From: the human T2T-CHM13v2.0 reference genome, Homo sapiens
DNA: 64,000 bases
NCBI RefSeq assembly: GCF_009914755.1
Contig: NC_060941.1
Strand: one strand, 5' to 3'
Part shown: piece by piece, positions 13,151 to 26,100 of the stretch
Position numbering within the stretch: the stretch's first letter is position 1
Layout: each line of letters opens with the position of its first letter
Program-made: the position numbers and the translations under genes
The notes under the pieces: generated by a model
Seen by the model: only the letters and a program-made list of their open reading frames with translations
Database searches by the model: none
Told to the model about the DNA's origin: nothing

Positions 13151-13152
<2 letters not shown>

Positions 13153-13190
<38 letters not shown>
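13153..13190. repeat. (CA)19 microsatellite
   Basis: Read directly. Confidence 0.97.
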
Positions 13191-13191
<1 letters not shown>

Positions 13192-14441
13192 CGCTCATAA
13201 GTGTAATCCTTTATGACTATTGATTATAGTTCTCTCCCATTGCTGAGTTGCTACTATTTATACAACTCCTATTAGTAGTAACAGTGACAATAATGTGATT
13301 TGTTTTTAGTCTAGACATTATATTTGAAGACGTTTGGTTTCTTTCTGTTCTGTGGCTGTCCTAACAAGCAGGTTTGGGCAAATTCTAAAATGGTATTAAA
13401 ACAAAGGAAAAATATTTCTGTTCATCAATGGGAGAAACCCTAACAACACAAATATTTTTAAAAGAGCGATTAACGTATGCCTAGCCGCAGAAGCCATCAT
13501 GTGGCGTATTTTCATGGCCAGGTTTATTTTAGCTAGTGTTTTGTGTTTTCTTTTTAAACGTGTACAGGACCACTTTCCCTCAACCCTGGAAACCCAGAGA
13601 AGCAAGAAGGAATCTAAACTCACTACCCATCACCCACTCCAGAAAAGTTAGAAATAATCTAATTTTTAATGTTTATAATAAATATTTATATGCGATAGAT
13701 CAAAATACATTATACCCAGCATAGCACTTGGACTTTAAACAGCAAAAGTTAAAGCATGCATGATCTGTATCCTTCTTAAGACTCTGTAAGATAAAATAGA
13801 GAACCCTGATAAGGAGAAAAGGAAATTGAAGTAAACCATTTAAGTAATGTGTAAATAAAACCACCGCACATTTATTTTTCACGAATCCATGAATAACAGA
13901 GCTGTAAAAGAGACAGGTGTTTGAAAAGCCTTTGCAATACTTAGAATAAATATTTAAAATGAACATTTTTTAAAAATAAATACTTAGAGCATTTTTGAAA
14001 GAGTATATTCTCAAAATGGCCTTATTCCTTTAAGAAAAGTAAGGCCTTAAATCCTGTCTCTATTTCCTCTAAGACAGGTTATTGTAATACATTTATTTTA
14101 AAAGAGGAAGGAAAAAGAAAAAAAAAGCTGAAGGGGTCAGTGCCACATCAGATCCTGGATCAAAAACTAGTTCAGCACTGGGAGCCGGTTGAGCACTCGG
14201 AGCGGGGTGGGCAGGGCCTCCAGACTTGCAGGTTCCCTTACCAGGAATCAGTCCATGGAAACCTTTTTCCTTCTAGCGTATGTTTTCTCCAGATGTAAAA
14301 GCACCTCCTATCTGATGTGCTCAGCTGCGCAGAGTTAAAGACAGTGACATCACATTGGAGTCCGTGGTCAAAGACCAGAGCCAGAGCACAGAGAGGAGCC
14401 AGGAGGGATGAGCAGGCGAGGACAGGTGCAGGGAGGGGCAT

Positions 14442-14912
14442 GTGGCAAGGCCGGCGTGGGGCAGCCACATCCCACCTCTCCATCTAGAGGCCGCGTGGCG
14501 AGGCCAGCGTGGGGCAGCCACATCCCACCTCTCCATCTAGAGGCCGCGTGGCGAGGCCAGTATGGGGCAGCCACATCCCACCTCTCCATCTAGAGGCCAC
14601 GTGGCGAGGTCAGCGTGGGGCAGCCACATCCCACCTCTCTCTCTAGAGGCCACGTGGCGAGGCCAGTATGGGGCAGCCACATCCCACCTCTCCATCTAGA
14701 GGCCGCGTGGCGAGGCCAGCGTGGGGCAGCCACATCCCACCTCTCCATCTAGAGGCCGCGTGGCGAGGCCAGCGTGGGGCAGCCACATCCCACCTCTCCC
14801 TCCAGAGGCCGCGTGGCGAGTTCGGCACAGGGCAGCCACATCCCACCTCTCCATCTAGAGGCCGCGTGGCGAGGTTGGCACAGGGCAGCCACATCCCACA
14901 TCTCTGTCTAGA
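14442..14912. repeat. Minisatellite, 53-bp unit (GTGGCGAGGCCAGCGTGGGGCAGCCACATCCCACCTCTCCATCTAGAGGCCGC), ~9 copies
   Basis: Clear periodicity; TCTAGA in most units. Confidence 0.96.
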
Positions 14913-17339
14913 GACTGCTTTCTAGGACTGGCCCCTCAGAAGTTTTCTGAGTGCCAGCATTTATATCAGTGCTGCTTTATAGAAGGTCCTTGTCTAGGCC
15001 TAGCTGCAGCCTCTCCCAGCGTTGCTGGGGCTGCCCTTCCCTGCCCAGAAAAAAGGCCAGCTATTCTGCAGACTCTGCTCCCTGGAGCCTCACAGAGCCA
15101 GCCCTCACCTGTGCTTATCGGTTGCACTAGAGAATCATGAGGTGATGTCGCAATCCACAGAGGCCCAGAGAGCCTGGGGACAGCATCACAAGGGTGCCTC
15201 GCAGCCCCTCTTCCTGACGGTCACTGTGGACACTCCGGCTTTTCTCCTCTCCTGGTTCTGACCTCCCTGAGTGTGTCAGAGGCTCCGCTTGGGCTAATGT
15301 GCGCCTTTAGTGATCCAGCCCGCATGGTCCATCATCCCACCACAAGCAGCCTGCGGTGTCGTGTCCTCCCGCTTCCCTTTCGGGCGCGTTCTTCTCCTGG
15401 TTGTTGCAGGGTGGGCTGTCTGGGAAGTAGACGGAGACGGAGGCTGGTGTCATGACACTGCTCGTGAGTGGAGCAGCCCTGGGTCAGCGGTGGAGGGGTG
15501 GGCGGAGAGAAGTCAGGCTCACCTCCGCCGGCCCTGGGGAGCTCTGAGGATGGGATGGGAGGTGAGTGGGCCTGCCTGCATTCTGCGTTGGTTGTCAGAC
15601 ATAGGCCACCCAGAAGAGGGCCTGACAGCCGTGAGCCACCTGCCTGTGGTGCCCCCAGCAGCTGGGGCAAGAAAACCTTGATCCTGAAGGGGATCCCGGC
15701 CCCTCCCTCACAGTGTCTTGCTGTAAGAGAAAATCTCACCTGCCTTACCTGGGGCTGCTGTTACCCCAGCCCCATTTTGATGGGGCCCTTGGGAGCGGAG
15801 GAAGCGCAGTGCAGAGGAGCTCTTCCACAAGCGCACAGCCCATTTGCAAGAAACATGTTTCCTCTCCTCATCCGGGAAAGTGACACTTCCCGGCCGGCTG
15901 TGCAGAGCTCGTCACCAGGCCCTGCTGAGGCCTGTGGCAGTAACCGCAGGTCTGGACTAGAAGAGAGCAGCCAGCGGCACCCGGCCACTGTAGCGGTCAC
16001 TGGTGCAGCCACTGCCAGCAGCCAGGGCCTCCGGCCCAGCCCAGGTACAGCGGAGTGAACTGTGTTCATGTAGAATCACAGCGGCGATGCCCTTAATTGC
16101 TAGGCTGGGGCAGGGAAGCACCGCCCTGGCCTCCTCCTGGTCCCTGGCACCCTTCTGCCGGGTGTCACTGTGTCCCCATGGTTGGGTTTGACGGACATCA
16201 GGGATGAAGACTGAAGAAGAACCAGGCCAGGAGTGGTGAAGGGCAGGGCTCCTCCAGTGGGGTGCACAGGGTGGGCCCCCGTGCCGTCACCGCTGGCCAC
16301 TGGGCACACCTGTGGGCTCCACCAGCCACACAGCTAGAACTCGCCCTGCTGTTGCCGATGGCCTGGGTGGCTTTGGGGTTTCACCTTCAACCGGCAGAAG
16401 AAACATTATGCGCTTGAATTTTTTTCCTTTTTCTTTTTTAAACTCACACCTGGGCACGCATCTGCGTACTGCCCTGGCGACTGACGTGAGCATGAAGGGA
16501 GCTTTAGTCAGCCGCTCGGCCCGCGGGAAGGAAGAGGCGAGCAGGAGTGACTCACACCAGGCTCGGGCTCCAGGCTTCCTGGCAAAGCAGTGAATGTGAA
16601 CACCCAGGGGGCAGCTGTGCCAAATTGAAGCTGATTTGTGCTGAAAGAAGAAAACCTCATTCACAGATTACAGACCAGTCATGGCCCTTCTGGTGGACGC
16701 GTCTCCCTCTGCTTAGTAATAGGAGTTCCTCCAGCGCCACTTGTGGGAAATAGAATTTGAAGGTGGAAACAGCACTAGGGAGGGCACTAGCCATCTAATC
16801 CTGTGTGACAGCAGTGTCGCTGCAGACTTGGCAGCTCAGAACAGCACGTGGCCTCCAGATCCAGTTCCTGTTGTGGGGCTCAGCCAGGTTCTCTGTGCAG
16901 GGTCCCATCAGGTTAAGGCTGCCTTCGCAGTTGAGACCACCCGCCGTCCCCACCAGTGGGGTCCTTAGCTTGGCCTCCCACCACTCAGAGCCAGCGCAGG
17001 AGCCGGGTGCTGCATCCTCACCTAGTGCCACACACAGTCACAGCAGCCATCACCGTTGCCATATTCTGCTGGTTGAAAGCAGTCTCAGGTCCCACCTGCA
17101 CCCCCAGGGAGGGGCCACACCTGGGACAGGGGTCCTGGGGCCACGTTCAAGCCTGTCCACCTCAGCTGGTGAACTGTGCTGGGGTTTGGAGAGGGTGAGA
17201 GTAAAGTCGCAGAGCCCAGGGAGCAATCTGACCACAGCTCCCCTGAGGCACACCAGTCGCGGCGGGTGACCACAGGTGGTCATGTAAGAATAGGAATTCC
17301 AGTGACTGACTGATTAAGCGCCTGCTGCGTGTTGGGCTT

Positions 17340-17500
17340 TACAATTGTTAGGCCATCTCCCCCTCACAGCAGGTACTGCCGCAAAGCTACGATTTTTACT
17401 ATCAATATGCCCATTTTACTGATGAGAAACTGGGGTGTGTGAGGACCTGCATGGTAGGGCCAGGCTGTGGCTCTAGCCGTCTAGTGCCAGCCTGCCCCAT
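17340..17500 (+). mobile_element. MIR fragment
   Basis: gcccattttactgatgagaaactggggtgtgtgagg resembles the MIR core. Confidence 0.6.
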
Positions 17501-20106
17501 GCTGACTTAGCGGCGTACGTGCTGAGTCATGGGATGTACGTGCATGAGCTTCTGTTTCAGGCGCATCCCTGGGACAGGAGTGCACCCAGGCAGAAGTGGT
17601 GTTTAACCAGGGAGGAAAGCTCTTGTCACCTCTTGTTACACATGGCCACTGTGCTGGCGGATCACAGCATCGTTGTCAGCGTGAGGAAGCTTCCCCGGTG
17701 TCTGAACGAGTCTGATCAGGCAGAGACGAGCAGGGAGTGGCACTTAGCGACCTGCTGTAGTCATGCTCCTGGGAGCATGCTCCTGAGACCATGCGAGGTC
17801 TCAGGAAGGATGTGCGCCTCATATGAGAAACCCGTGGCAGGTGGCATTCCTTGCATTTTGCAGTCAGCTGCATCCCACCTACAGAACAGAGCCCTGGGGT
17901 TTTCCCTCCAGCTGGACATGAGAAGCTGCTGGGGAGTCAGCAGCCCTGTCCTGGGATCCGAGTCGTCTTGGTGACTCCCACGCTTCGATGCCTGGCCGAG
18001 ACCCGCCTGGCTTGGGCCTGCCCTTGGTTGGGACCTCACTGACCTGAGGCCCCTAACCCCGACCCCTGCCTTGGCTTTACGGCCTTTACAGTGCTGGCCC
18101 CGGTGGCCACCCACCTGCCTGCCCACCGTGCTCACCCTGCCTTTGAATGCCCAGCCTCTTTGCCCCACAACCAATGTGACCTGGCTTAGGAGCATAGCTG
18201 AAGCAGGTCGCTAAGGAAAAACCAAGCAACGGGACTAATGGGATGTTCTGAAAGACAAGGACAAATCAAGCCATTTGTCAGAACATTGGTTATAAGAGGG
18301 AAAATTTGGGAATAACTCTACTACCTAACAGAATAGGAACGTAAATTCAGAACGGATACTTAAAAGAAAATGTAAGCAGTCTTAAAATTTTATTCATGAG
18401 TATGCAAAATATATGTTAAATGAGAGAAACAGAACACCAAATTGCATCAGCAATATAGTTAATATCTATGTTAAAATACATAGTACACACAGCAATAAAA
18501 CACTAAACAGATTTATAAATAAACATTAATGATGCTTGTGCCAGGGTGGTACAATTGGAGTGATGGTTCTCCATTTTAAAAATTGATAGATATTACTTTG
18601 GTTAATTAAAAGTCTGCCTGTAGATTTTCTAAGCCTTCGAAGCACTAAAAGCAATTTTTAAAAATAGAGTCTTTATGGCTAAGGCATTATTGTTCATAAA
18701 TTCAGAACTAGAGACACACAGAAGAAATCATTACATACTTCTTTACATGAGGAGAATCATGACTGGTAGAGTGGCCTAAGAGGCAGGCGTGGGGGCTTTC
18801 AGACAGCAGAAAGACGGGGCTGGTGTCCAGGAGGGCGCGGGCATGGGTAGGGCAGCGCCCGGGCTGTGCTCAGTCCAACCGGGGCTCTGCGGGGCGGTTT
18901 TGGCCCACAGTTGCCAGTCATAGAGTAGCCAAAAGTTCATATTTTCATTTTTAATTATCTGATTATTAGATGTTGATATCTAACGTGGCATTAAAAAACA
19001 TTCTGCGAGCCCAACCAGACACATCCAACCCGACACATCCAACCAGACAGCGGCCTGTAGCCTGCCTGTTCCAAGCTGGGCCATGAACCCCTAGGGACAG
19101 AGGCTTCAGTGAAGCCCTCGGTGCCTCGGCTCCCAGCATGGGGGGCGGCCCGTAGACATGGCAGTGCCGCGTGCATGGAGAGGGCGGCGTCCACGGCGAC
19201 TTGTGGCCGAGTCTCAGGATGCTTCCCCCACTCTTCTTCCTCAGCCCCTCCTGTGCGTGTCCAAGGGTCCTCTCTAGTTAGGGATATTTTCTGCAAGGTC
19301 TGACATCGTGTCTTCTTGTCTTTCTATGCTGGGAAGTGCCAAATAAGTAATATTAAAGGGTTCTTTGTACAGAAATCAATGATGATGTGAATTCAGGGAG
19401 AATCACTTGCATTTTACACATGTTCTCTGGGGTAGGTTTTCAGCAACAAGGATGCCAGCGTGAATCTAGAGCTAAAAAGTAAACACGAGTCAGTTCCATT
19501 TAATGCTGAAAATTATATCATGAGCCAACTTTGATAGGGAATTGAATGTAAAAATTGGGCTTTAGATTTGGAGAAGATCCTAGATCCTCGTAGGAGAAGA
19601 AAGACTGGAAATGTGGTCTGGCTGGTCAGGAGCCGGGACAGCAGGTCCCACGCTATAGGTGTACACAGATTCTCCCCGCTGGCTTCTCTGTTCTGTGGCA
19701 TCTTCCTGGTTTCCTGGAGTCAGGGCAGCTCCACTGGCCTCAGTTTCCAGAGAACAAACCTGACTGAGGTGGACTTGCCACCTTGGCCACTGACCAGTTC
19801 CGACCCCGCCCCGCCCCAACTCCAGCTCCACCCAGTTCTCTCATTTCCTCTCCTCTCACTGCCACCAAAACATTATGTCAAAAAATGGGGGTTTCTCAGT
19901 CTGTATCAGTTCACTATGTGTGCAGAAAATTTATCGGAATGACTTTAACGGTAGTAGACCACCCCCCAATTCTGAGTGCTGACAGTTTGTAAAAGGCCCT
20001 TTCCAGGTGCTCTGCCAAAGCCACTCACGCACGGCCTTCTCACGGCGTCGGGCTGCTGCGCCCCACGGTGCCCCCGCGCTGGGCCATCTTGCACGGGCCG
20101 CTGCTG

Positions 20107-20217
20107 TCCAGTGGCTTCGAAAGGAGTTTGGTAGTTGAGGTGAGACCGCAGGTGCGCTGCTCCAGTGGCTTCGAAAGGAGTTTGGTAGTTGAGGTGAGAT
20201 CGCAGGTGCACTGCTCC
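20107..20217. repeat. 54-bp tandem duplication
   Basis: tccagtggcttcgaaaggagtttggtagttgaggtgaga at 20107 and 20161. Confidence 0.93.
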
Positions 20218-20243
20218 TCAGGAATGGCAGAGGCTTCCCATGA

Positions 20244-20553
<310 letters not shown>

Positions 20554-21176
20554 ATAGGGAACATCATTTTAAAGCAGCTCTTTGCTTCCCAGCGGAGATT
20601 CCATAGCAGCCGTGTGTTGTTCCGATGTGTGTTTTCCCAAATGCGCTACACAATTAAGGTGCTTAGGAGGGAGGAGAGGCAAGCACAGAGGTTTGGCTTG
20701 CACTAGCTCCACGTCCTTCCCGGGTTTCAGAAAGGCATGTACTTGCCCTTGCACTGCCCAGAGACCAGGCCCCAGCACTGCCTCCTCTCCATTCCCCACG
20801 GAGGCTGAGACGATTCCTCAGTCCATGTCACCCTGAGAAAATCCCCCTCCAATAAGGCATTTGATTCTGTGGAGTCCGTTATTGCAGAATTTTACCTCCA
20901 CTCTGTCCTAGGCGTGTTAACATTCGAAGTCTAATTCTAACTCTTAGACACTCTCACCACGTCCTTAACACGAGTGAGTTTACTAGTCTGGACACAGGAG
21001 GGAGGCTTCTGGAAGACTGGGAAACCCCAGGCCTTCTTAGATATGAGCAGTCCTTGCTGCTCGTGATGAATTTCATGCATGACTTTATCACTGTCCATCG
21101 GAATCCCGCCGAGGCTCTGGAGGCAGAGATGTCAGATCTCTGATGACAGTGAACTTCCACAGAGGGCAGCAGCATC

Positions 21177-21413
21177 TCCCTGTGTATCCTTGTGTATCAC
21201 TATGTATCCCTGTGTGTCACTGTGTATCCCTGTGTGTCACTGTGTCACTGTGTATCCCTGTGTATCACTATGTATCCCTGTGTGTCACTGTGTATCCCTG
21301 TGTGTCACCGTGTATCCCTGTGTGTCACCATGTATCCCTGTGTGTCACTGTGTATCCCTGTGTGTCACTGTGTATGCCTGTATGTCACCGTGTATCCCTG
21401 TGTATCACTGTGC
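21177..21413. repeat. Minisatellite, 20-bp unit TGTGTATCCCTGTGTGTCAC, ~12 copies
   Basis: Read directly. Confidence 0.95.
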
Positions 21414-23229
21414 ACACAGTAAAATTTAACAAGAAGCCAGTCCATTCCACCATGTTACCATGTTGCAGATTTAGGGAGGCGTAACCACACAGACTTGGTA
21501 CTGGTCTTGATTGTGGAGGGCCTTTATGCTGAGCCAGAGATGAGGAAGATGTTGGTGCCTGGCTATAAGGGCTTGAGCCAGGTGGATACGGAGGGCATGC
21601 AGCCAACACCGCTCTTGAGACACCGGCTGGGTTAGTGTGGAAAAACTCCATTGAATGGTTTGCCTTTCTCCCTGGAGGTAGTTAGGTGTACTAGTTGAAA
21701 CACCCATTCATTGGGAACCCGTGATCCAGGGGCTTTACAAATGGGCATGTGTGAGCATAGGCAGCATAGGCTGCCGTGGCCCCAGGTGTCAGGGTGCAGG
21801 CGGCTCCTGTCTTGGAGGCTTCCATCCCCCGTGGAAGCTCGTGCTGGCCACTGGAGCAACATTCCCGCAGGTGGGAAGGCCGCGAGGAGTGGACGAGGCA
21901 GCTCAGGCCTGGGGGACAGACTTGGAGCTCACATGCCCATCGCCCCCCTGTCCTGTGGCAGTGTCTGGTCCAGCCTCATCCAGGGAGGGAGGGAATGTGG
22001 CCTCCACCTTGAGTGGCATGTCCCAGCTCCAATGCTGTTCCTTAACAAGGGCAGGGAGGGAGGCACAAAGGAGTGAGGAGTGGTTTCAGACGCTCAGACG
22101 GAGAACATTCGGCTCAGAAACAGAATCGTGCTCTCCTCTGTTACTAGATTTTGCCAACTGCAACTGAGGACTGAGCTGCTGTGGAGGTGGGCTCCTCACC
22201 ATGGGAGCATCACCGGGGGCTCTGCAGGGCTGTCTGCCACGAAAACAATGCCCAGAGCTCTCTCCTCCCCTCATCAATAGACCAAAGTGTGTACATCCCC
22301 AGGGAGCACACAGGAAAGATAGCAGAAAAGAGCATTTGGAATAAATAATGTACAATCTAGCTATTATACTCCTTGGGTGGTGATGGAGAGGTTGAATTTT
22401 TAGCAAGAGGAAAGAGGGAACAAAGCCTAACAAACATTGAGGTTAAAACATGAAGTCATCTGCATTTACACTTTGCTTCAGGCCGCGGCAGTAATGAATA
22501 CTCAGAGCCGGCTTTCTGTTTAATGTTTGATGCAAAGTCACCGGGGAGTCATTCTCCTTCACTTTCAATTTCAGGGGTCCTGAAACCCTGCGTTTCTCTG
22601 CGGTAATAACCCGTGCTTTCCGTTCCCGGGGCGGGCGCCGCTCTGACTGATCAGCGCAGATGGAGGCTGTGCGGACTTGGACTTGGACGGTTTTCCTCCA
22701 GCCCACCTCCTGGGCACCCGCCATCTCAGGGCTGTTTCCTGAAAACCCAGCTCTTGCCTGGATGACATGTTTTCCAGGCGAGTGACTCATCAGAACAGCC
22801 AACAGCTTAGAAAGTCCCTCTGCCCCCAGCTGCTGGGGGGGAGGAGCCCACGATGCAGATGAGCTGGTCACAGCTAATCACAGCCTCCTCCCCTCAGATC
22901 TGCACTCCAGCACTCCAGCCCTGCTTCTCCAGGCAGCTTGATCGCAGGCTGTGGGAAGTGCTAATCCAGACACCTTCCCGGTCCCCTCCCACCTTCTGCT
23001 GTCGTGTGCTGCCAAACCTCACAGGGCTGGCTGCTGCCGCCGAAGCCCACCACCATGGCCTCTCGTGTGTACGTAGGACCCACTTTCCCACTTGTCTTTA
23101 GCTGGGAATCCCAAATTAGAGCTGCAAGTGTGTGTTGATTTTACCGTAGAAAATGCAGCCAGTTTTAATCAACAGATAAATGTTCATTAGAGAATACCGT
23201 TGTTCTGCTGTTTAAAAGGTTGCTGTGCA

Positions 23230-23530
23230 GGCCGGGTGCAATGGCTCACGCCTGTAATCCCAGCACTTTGGGAGGCCACGGCAGGCAGATCACCTGAGGT
23301 CAGGAGTTCGAGACCCGCCTGACCAACATGGTGAAACCCCGTCTCTACTAAAAATACAAAAATTAGCCAGGCGTGTGGCACATTCCTGTAATCCCAGCTA
23401 CTCAGGAGACCGAGGCAGGAGAATCACTTGAACCCGGGAGGCGGAGGTTGCAGTGAGCCAAGATCGCACCACTGCGCTCCAGCATAGGTGACAGAGTGAG
23501 ACTCCGTCTCAAAAAACAAAACAAAACAAA
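23230..23530 (+). mobile_element. Full-length AluS with target-site duplication
   Basis: ggccgggtgcaatggctc start, (CAAAA)n tail, flanks aaaaggttgctgtgc / aaaaggttgccatgc. Confidence 0.96.
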
Positions 23531-25057
23531 AGGTTGCCATGCGATTTTAGAATTTAATGGGTAATCTGGCCCTGTAATTTGGTTAAATAAATAAATAAAT
23601 AAACCACCCACGGCCCCGAGAGGGCCTCTGGCTTGCTCAGCAGGCGGTGCCAGGGTGCAAGCTCCTCCCAGTACCTCCGTCTTCCCTGCCTTGCTCTGAG
23701 TGGGGCTGTCCTTCGGGCCCAGGCCGAGCTGTGTCTTGAGGTTCAGGGCCGCTTCACTGTGTGCTGATAATCGGGTTCCAGCGCTTGTCTTTCAGCGGTT
23801 TGTAGGCGTTCTTTTACATCCTTTCTTCTCATTAGTACTTGAACAAAGTTATTTTCCTCCTCTCATGTAGACAGCTCTGCCTCGAGTCCACAGCCCTGGG
23901 TAGCCGGACGGCCCCGAGCAGCCTCCGTGCATCGTCTGGGCGCCGAGCCACAGCCCTTCCTCCTGGGCTTTGTGTCATCCCCGCAGCCTCCTGAGCCTCT
24001 GTGCATCAGTGAAACCAGAACCATCTGGGGCTGCTTTTCTGGTCTGAAATGTGGAGCTGGGTCAGTCCCCGCCTCCCACCCCGGGGCTGGATCCAAGTGG
24101 GCCCCCAGCCTTTTAGGAGCACATGTCCCACTGCAGCAACATGGGTCACGTGTCCGAGAGAGATTGTCACCCGTGGCTCTGACACAGCTTTGCTGGGCGG
24201 CATCCTGTCCGGTGTGCTGAGCGATGTCTCCAGTGCAGTTCAGGCCTTCAACACCAAGCGAGGGCCTTGGAGAACGTGCGAATAGGCTTTCCGGGAGGCA
24301 TGGTTCCAAAGGCGCCTTGCCCAGCACTGACCGAGGCCACACCAGGTGCCACGCTGGTCTGCTCGGCCCACGGCCCGGACACCCTCTCTGCCCTCCTCTC
24401 GCCTCCACCTCCCCTAACTTGCACACACTTTCTTCTAACTCCTGAAGCAGAAACTTTTTATTTGATTAAATTCGAGGAATCTTTATAGAGTTTAATTGCA
24501 ATAATTGACTTTGCTTCTGTCTTAACAAAGAGTAAAATCTCCCTCAATGCTGCTGAATACCATTTGCCTGCAGCTGGGGATTTACTGGGCATATGGGAGC
24601 TATTTATTGCACGTACTTTGAGGCCTTTTGATTATCTCCTGATTGCTTCTTAACTCTGTTGGCAGGGGAAGGGCATGTTTGTGCAAAGAGGGCCAGTCTT
24701 GGGAAAATTGAAATATATTTCATATATTTGAAAGTGAAAAATTGCTCTTTAGTCCCTTTGTTCATCTTAAACTTTTACTTTTTTTTCTGGATTTTAACAT
24801 TTTTCATTCTCATTTTGGTCCTTTACTAAGACATTGAGAAAATATGCCCTTTGACACGGCAGCACGGAGTGTCATTAACCTAAAAAATAACACAGAGTCC
24901 TCGAGTCTCTTAGAAAATTACCCAGGAGAAGAGAGCGCAGTGCTAGAAGCAGAATCCAGTATACTGATCATCACTCGGTTTCCACAAGGAACATATTTCT
25001 AGCAGAAAGGGAGAATAGGGCTGAAGGGATTGCTGTCCTTCCTCCATCCCTACGACG

Positions 25058-25376
25058 AAGGTTGAGTGTCCCTAATTCAAAAATCCAAAATGTTCCAAAA
25101 TCCGAAACTCTGTGAGGGCCACCAGGCTGCCACAGGTGGACAGTTCCCCTCCCGACCTTGCGGGCGCAAACTTTGTTTCATGCACAAAATTGTGTAAAAT
25201 TCGCTTCAGGCTGTGTGTGTAAGAGGTATATGAAACATACATGGAGTTTACTCTTAGACTTGGGTCCCATCCCCTGATATCTCATTATGTATATGCAAAT
25301 ATTCCAAAACCTGAAAATATCGGAAACCCAAAACACTTCCGGTCCCAGGCATTTTAGAGAAGAGATACTCAACCTG
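25058..25376. mobile_element. Tigger4/MER46-like non-autonomous TcMar DNA transposon
   Basis: Terminal inverted repeats aggttgagtgtccct ... agagatactcaacctg(ta); internal aaaacacttccggtcccaggcatttt. Confidence 0.8.
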
Positions 25377-25462
25377 TATCCGCGGAGATCAAGACTGTGT
25401 TCTGTGGCTGTGCTGAGAGCGAGGTGATGATTCACTTCCAGTTGAGAGTTCATGTTGGATGT

Positions 25463-26100
25463 TGTGGCGGGGCCACAGCAGCTGCCTCCGACTGACCCCT
25501 GCTTTGTGTCAGCCGCTCTACGAGGACGCTGTGAGGGAGGCATGATCATAAGCCCATTTCACAGATGGTGAAACGGATCCTAGAGAGAGCGCCACGCGCC
25601 CGGAGTCCCAGAGCCACACGCTGAATTTCACCAAGCAGCCTCCCACACGGGCTCCCTGGTCAGGCCCTCATCCTCCGGACGAGGCAGCGAGGCAGGCAGG
25701 TCAGCCGCTCCCTGGGCCGGAGCTAGTGGGTAGCAGAGCTGGGAGCAGAGCCCAGGCTCATGGCTCCCGGTCAGATCTTTTCTTCCCTCTCTCCTTCTCG
25801 AAAGTCACACGGGGCTGCTCATGCACAGAGGGTGCTTTCCTGCTCGCCCTCACTCTCATTTAGCCAATGCATATTGAAAGCCTGCTATGTGCCTGGCACT
25901 GGGAAAGAAGTTGGGTACGGCTGGATGCCAGGGCACCTGCAGGATGTCTGTAATTCAGCGTGTGGCTCTGCGGCCTTGGGCGCGTGGCTGTCTCTCTAGG
26001 GTGAAACAGTCTCATGATCATGTCTCCCTCACAGTGTCCTTGTAGAGCAGCTGACACAAAGCAGGGGTCGGTCAGAGGCAGCTGCTGTCCCTCTGCCACA
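25463..26100. repeat. Inverted duplication: arms 25463-25630 and 25949-26100, MIR-like core, ~318-nt spacer
   Basis: Arm 1 matches the reverse complement of arm 2 along its length, apart from mostly CpG-type substitutions and a ~16-nt indel. Confidence 0.92.

Noticed and set aside
14442-14912. CRISPR-like look of regular repeats (also 1029-1567)
   Set aside because: Head-to-tail units with no unique spacers, no cas genes, and primate DNA
15872-15893. Short near-palindrome ccgggaaagtgacacttcccgg
   Set aside because: About a 10-bp stem; plausible by chance in 64 kb with no other support
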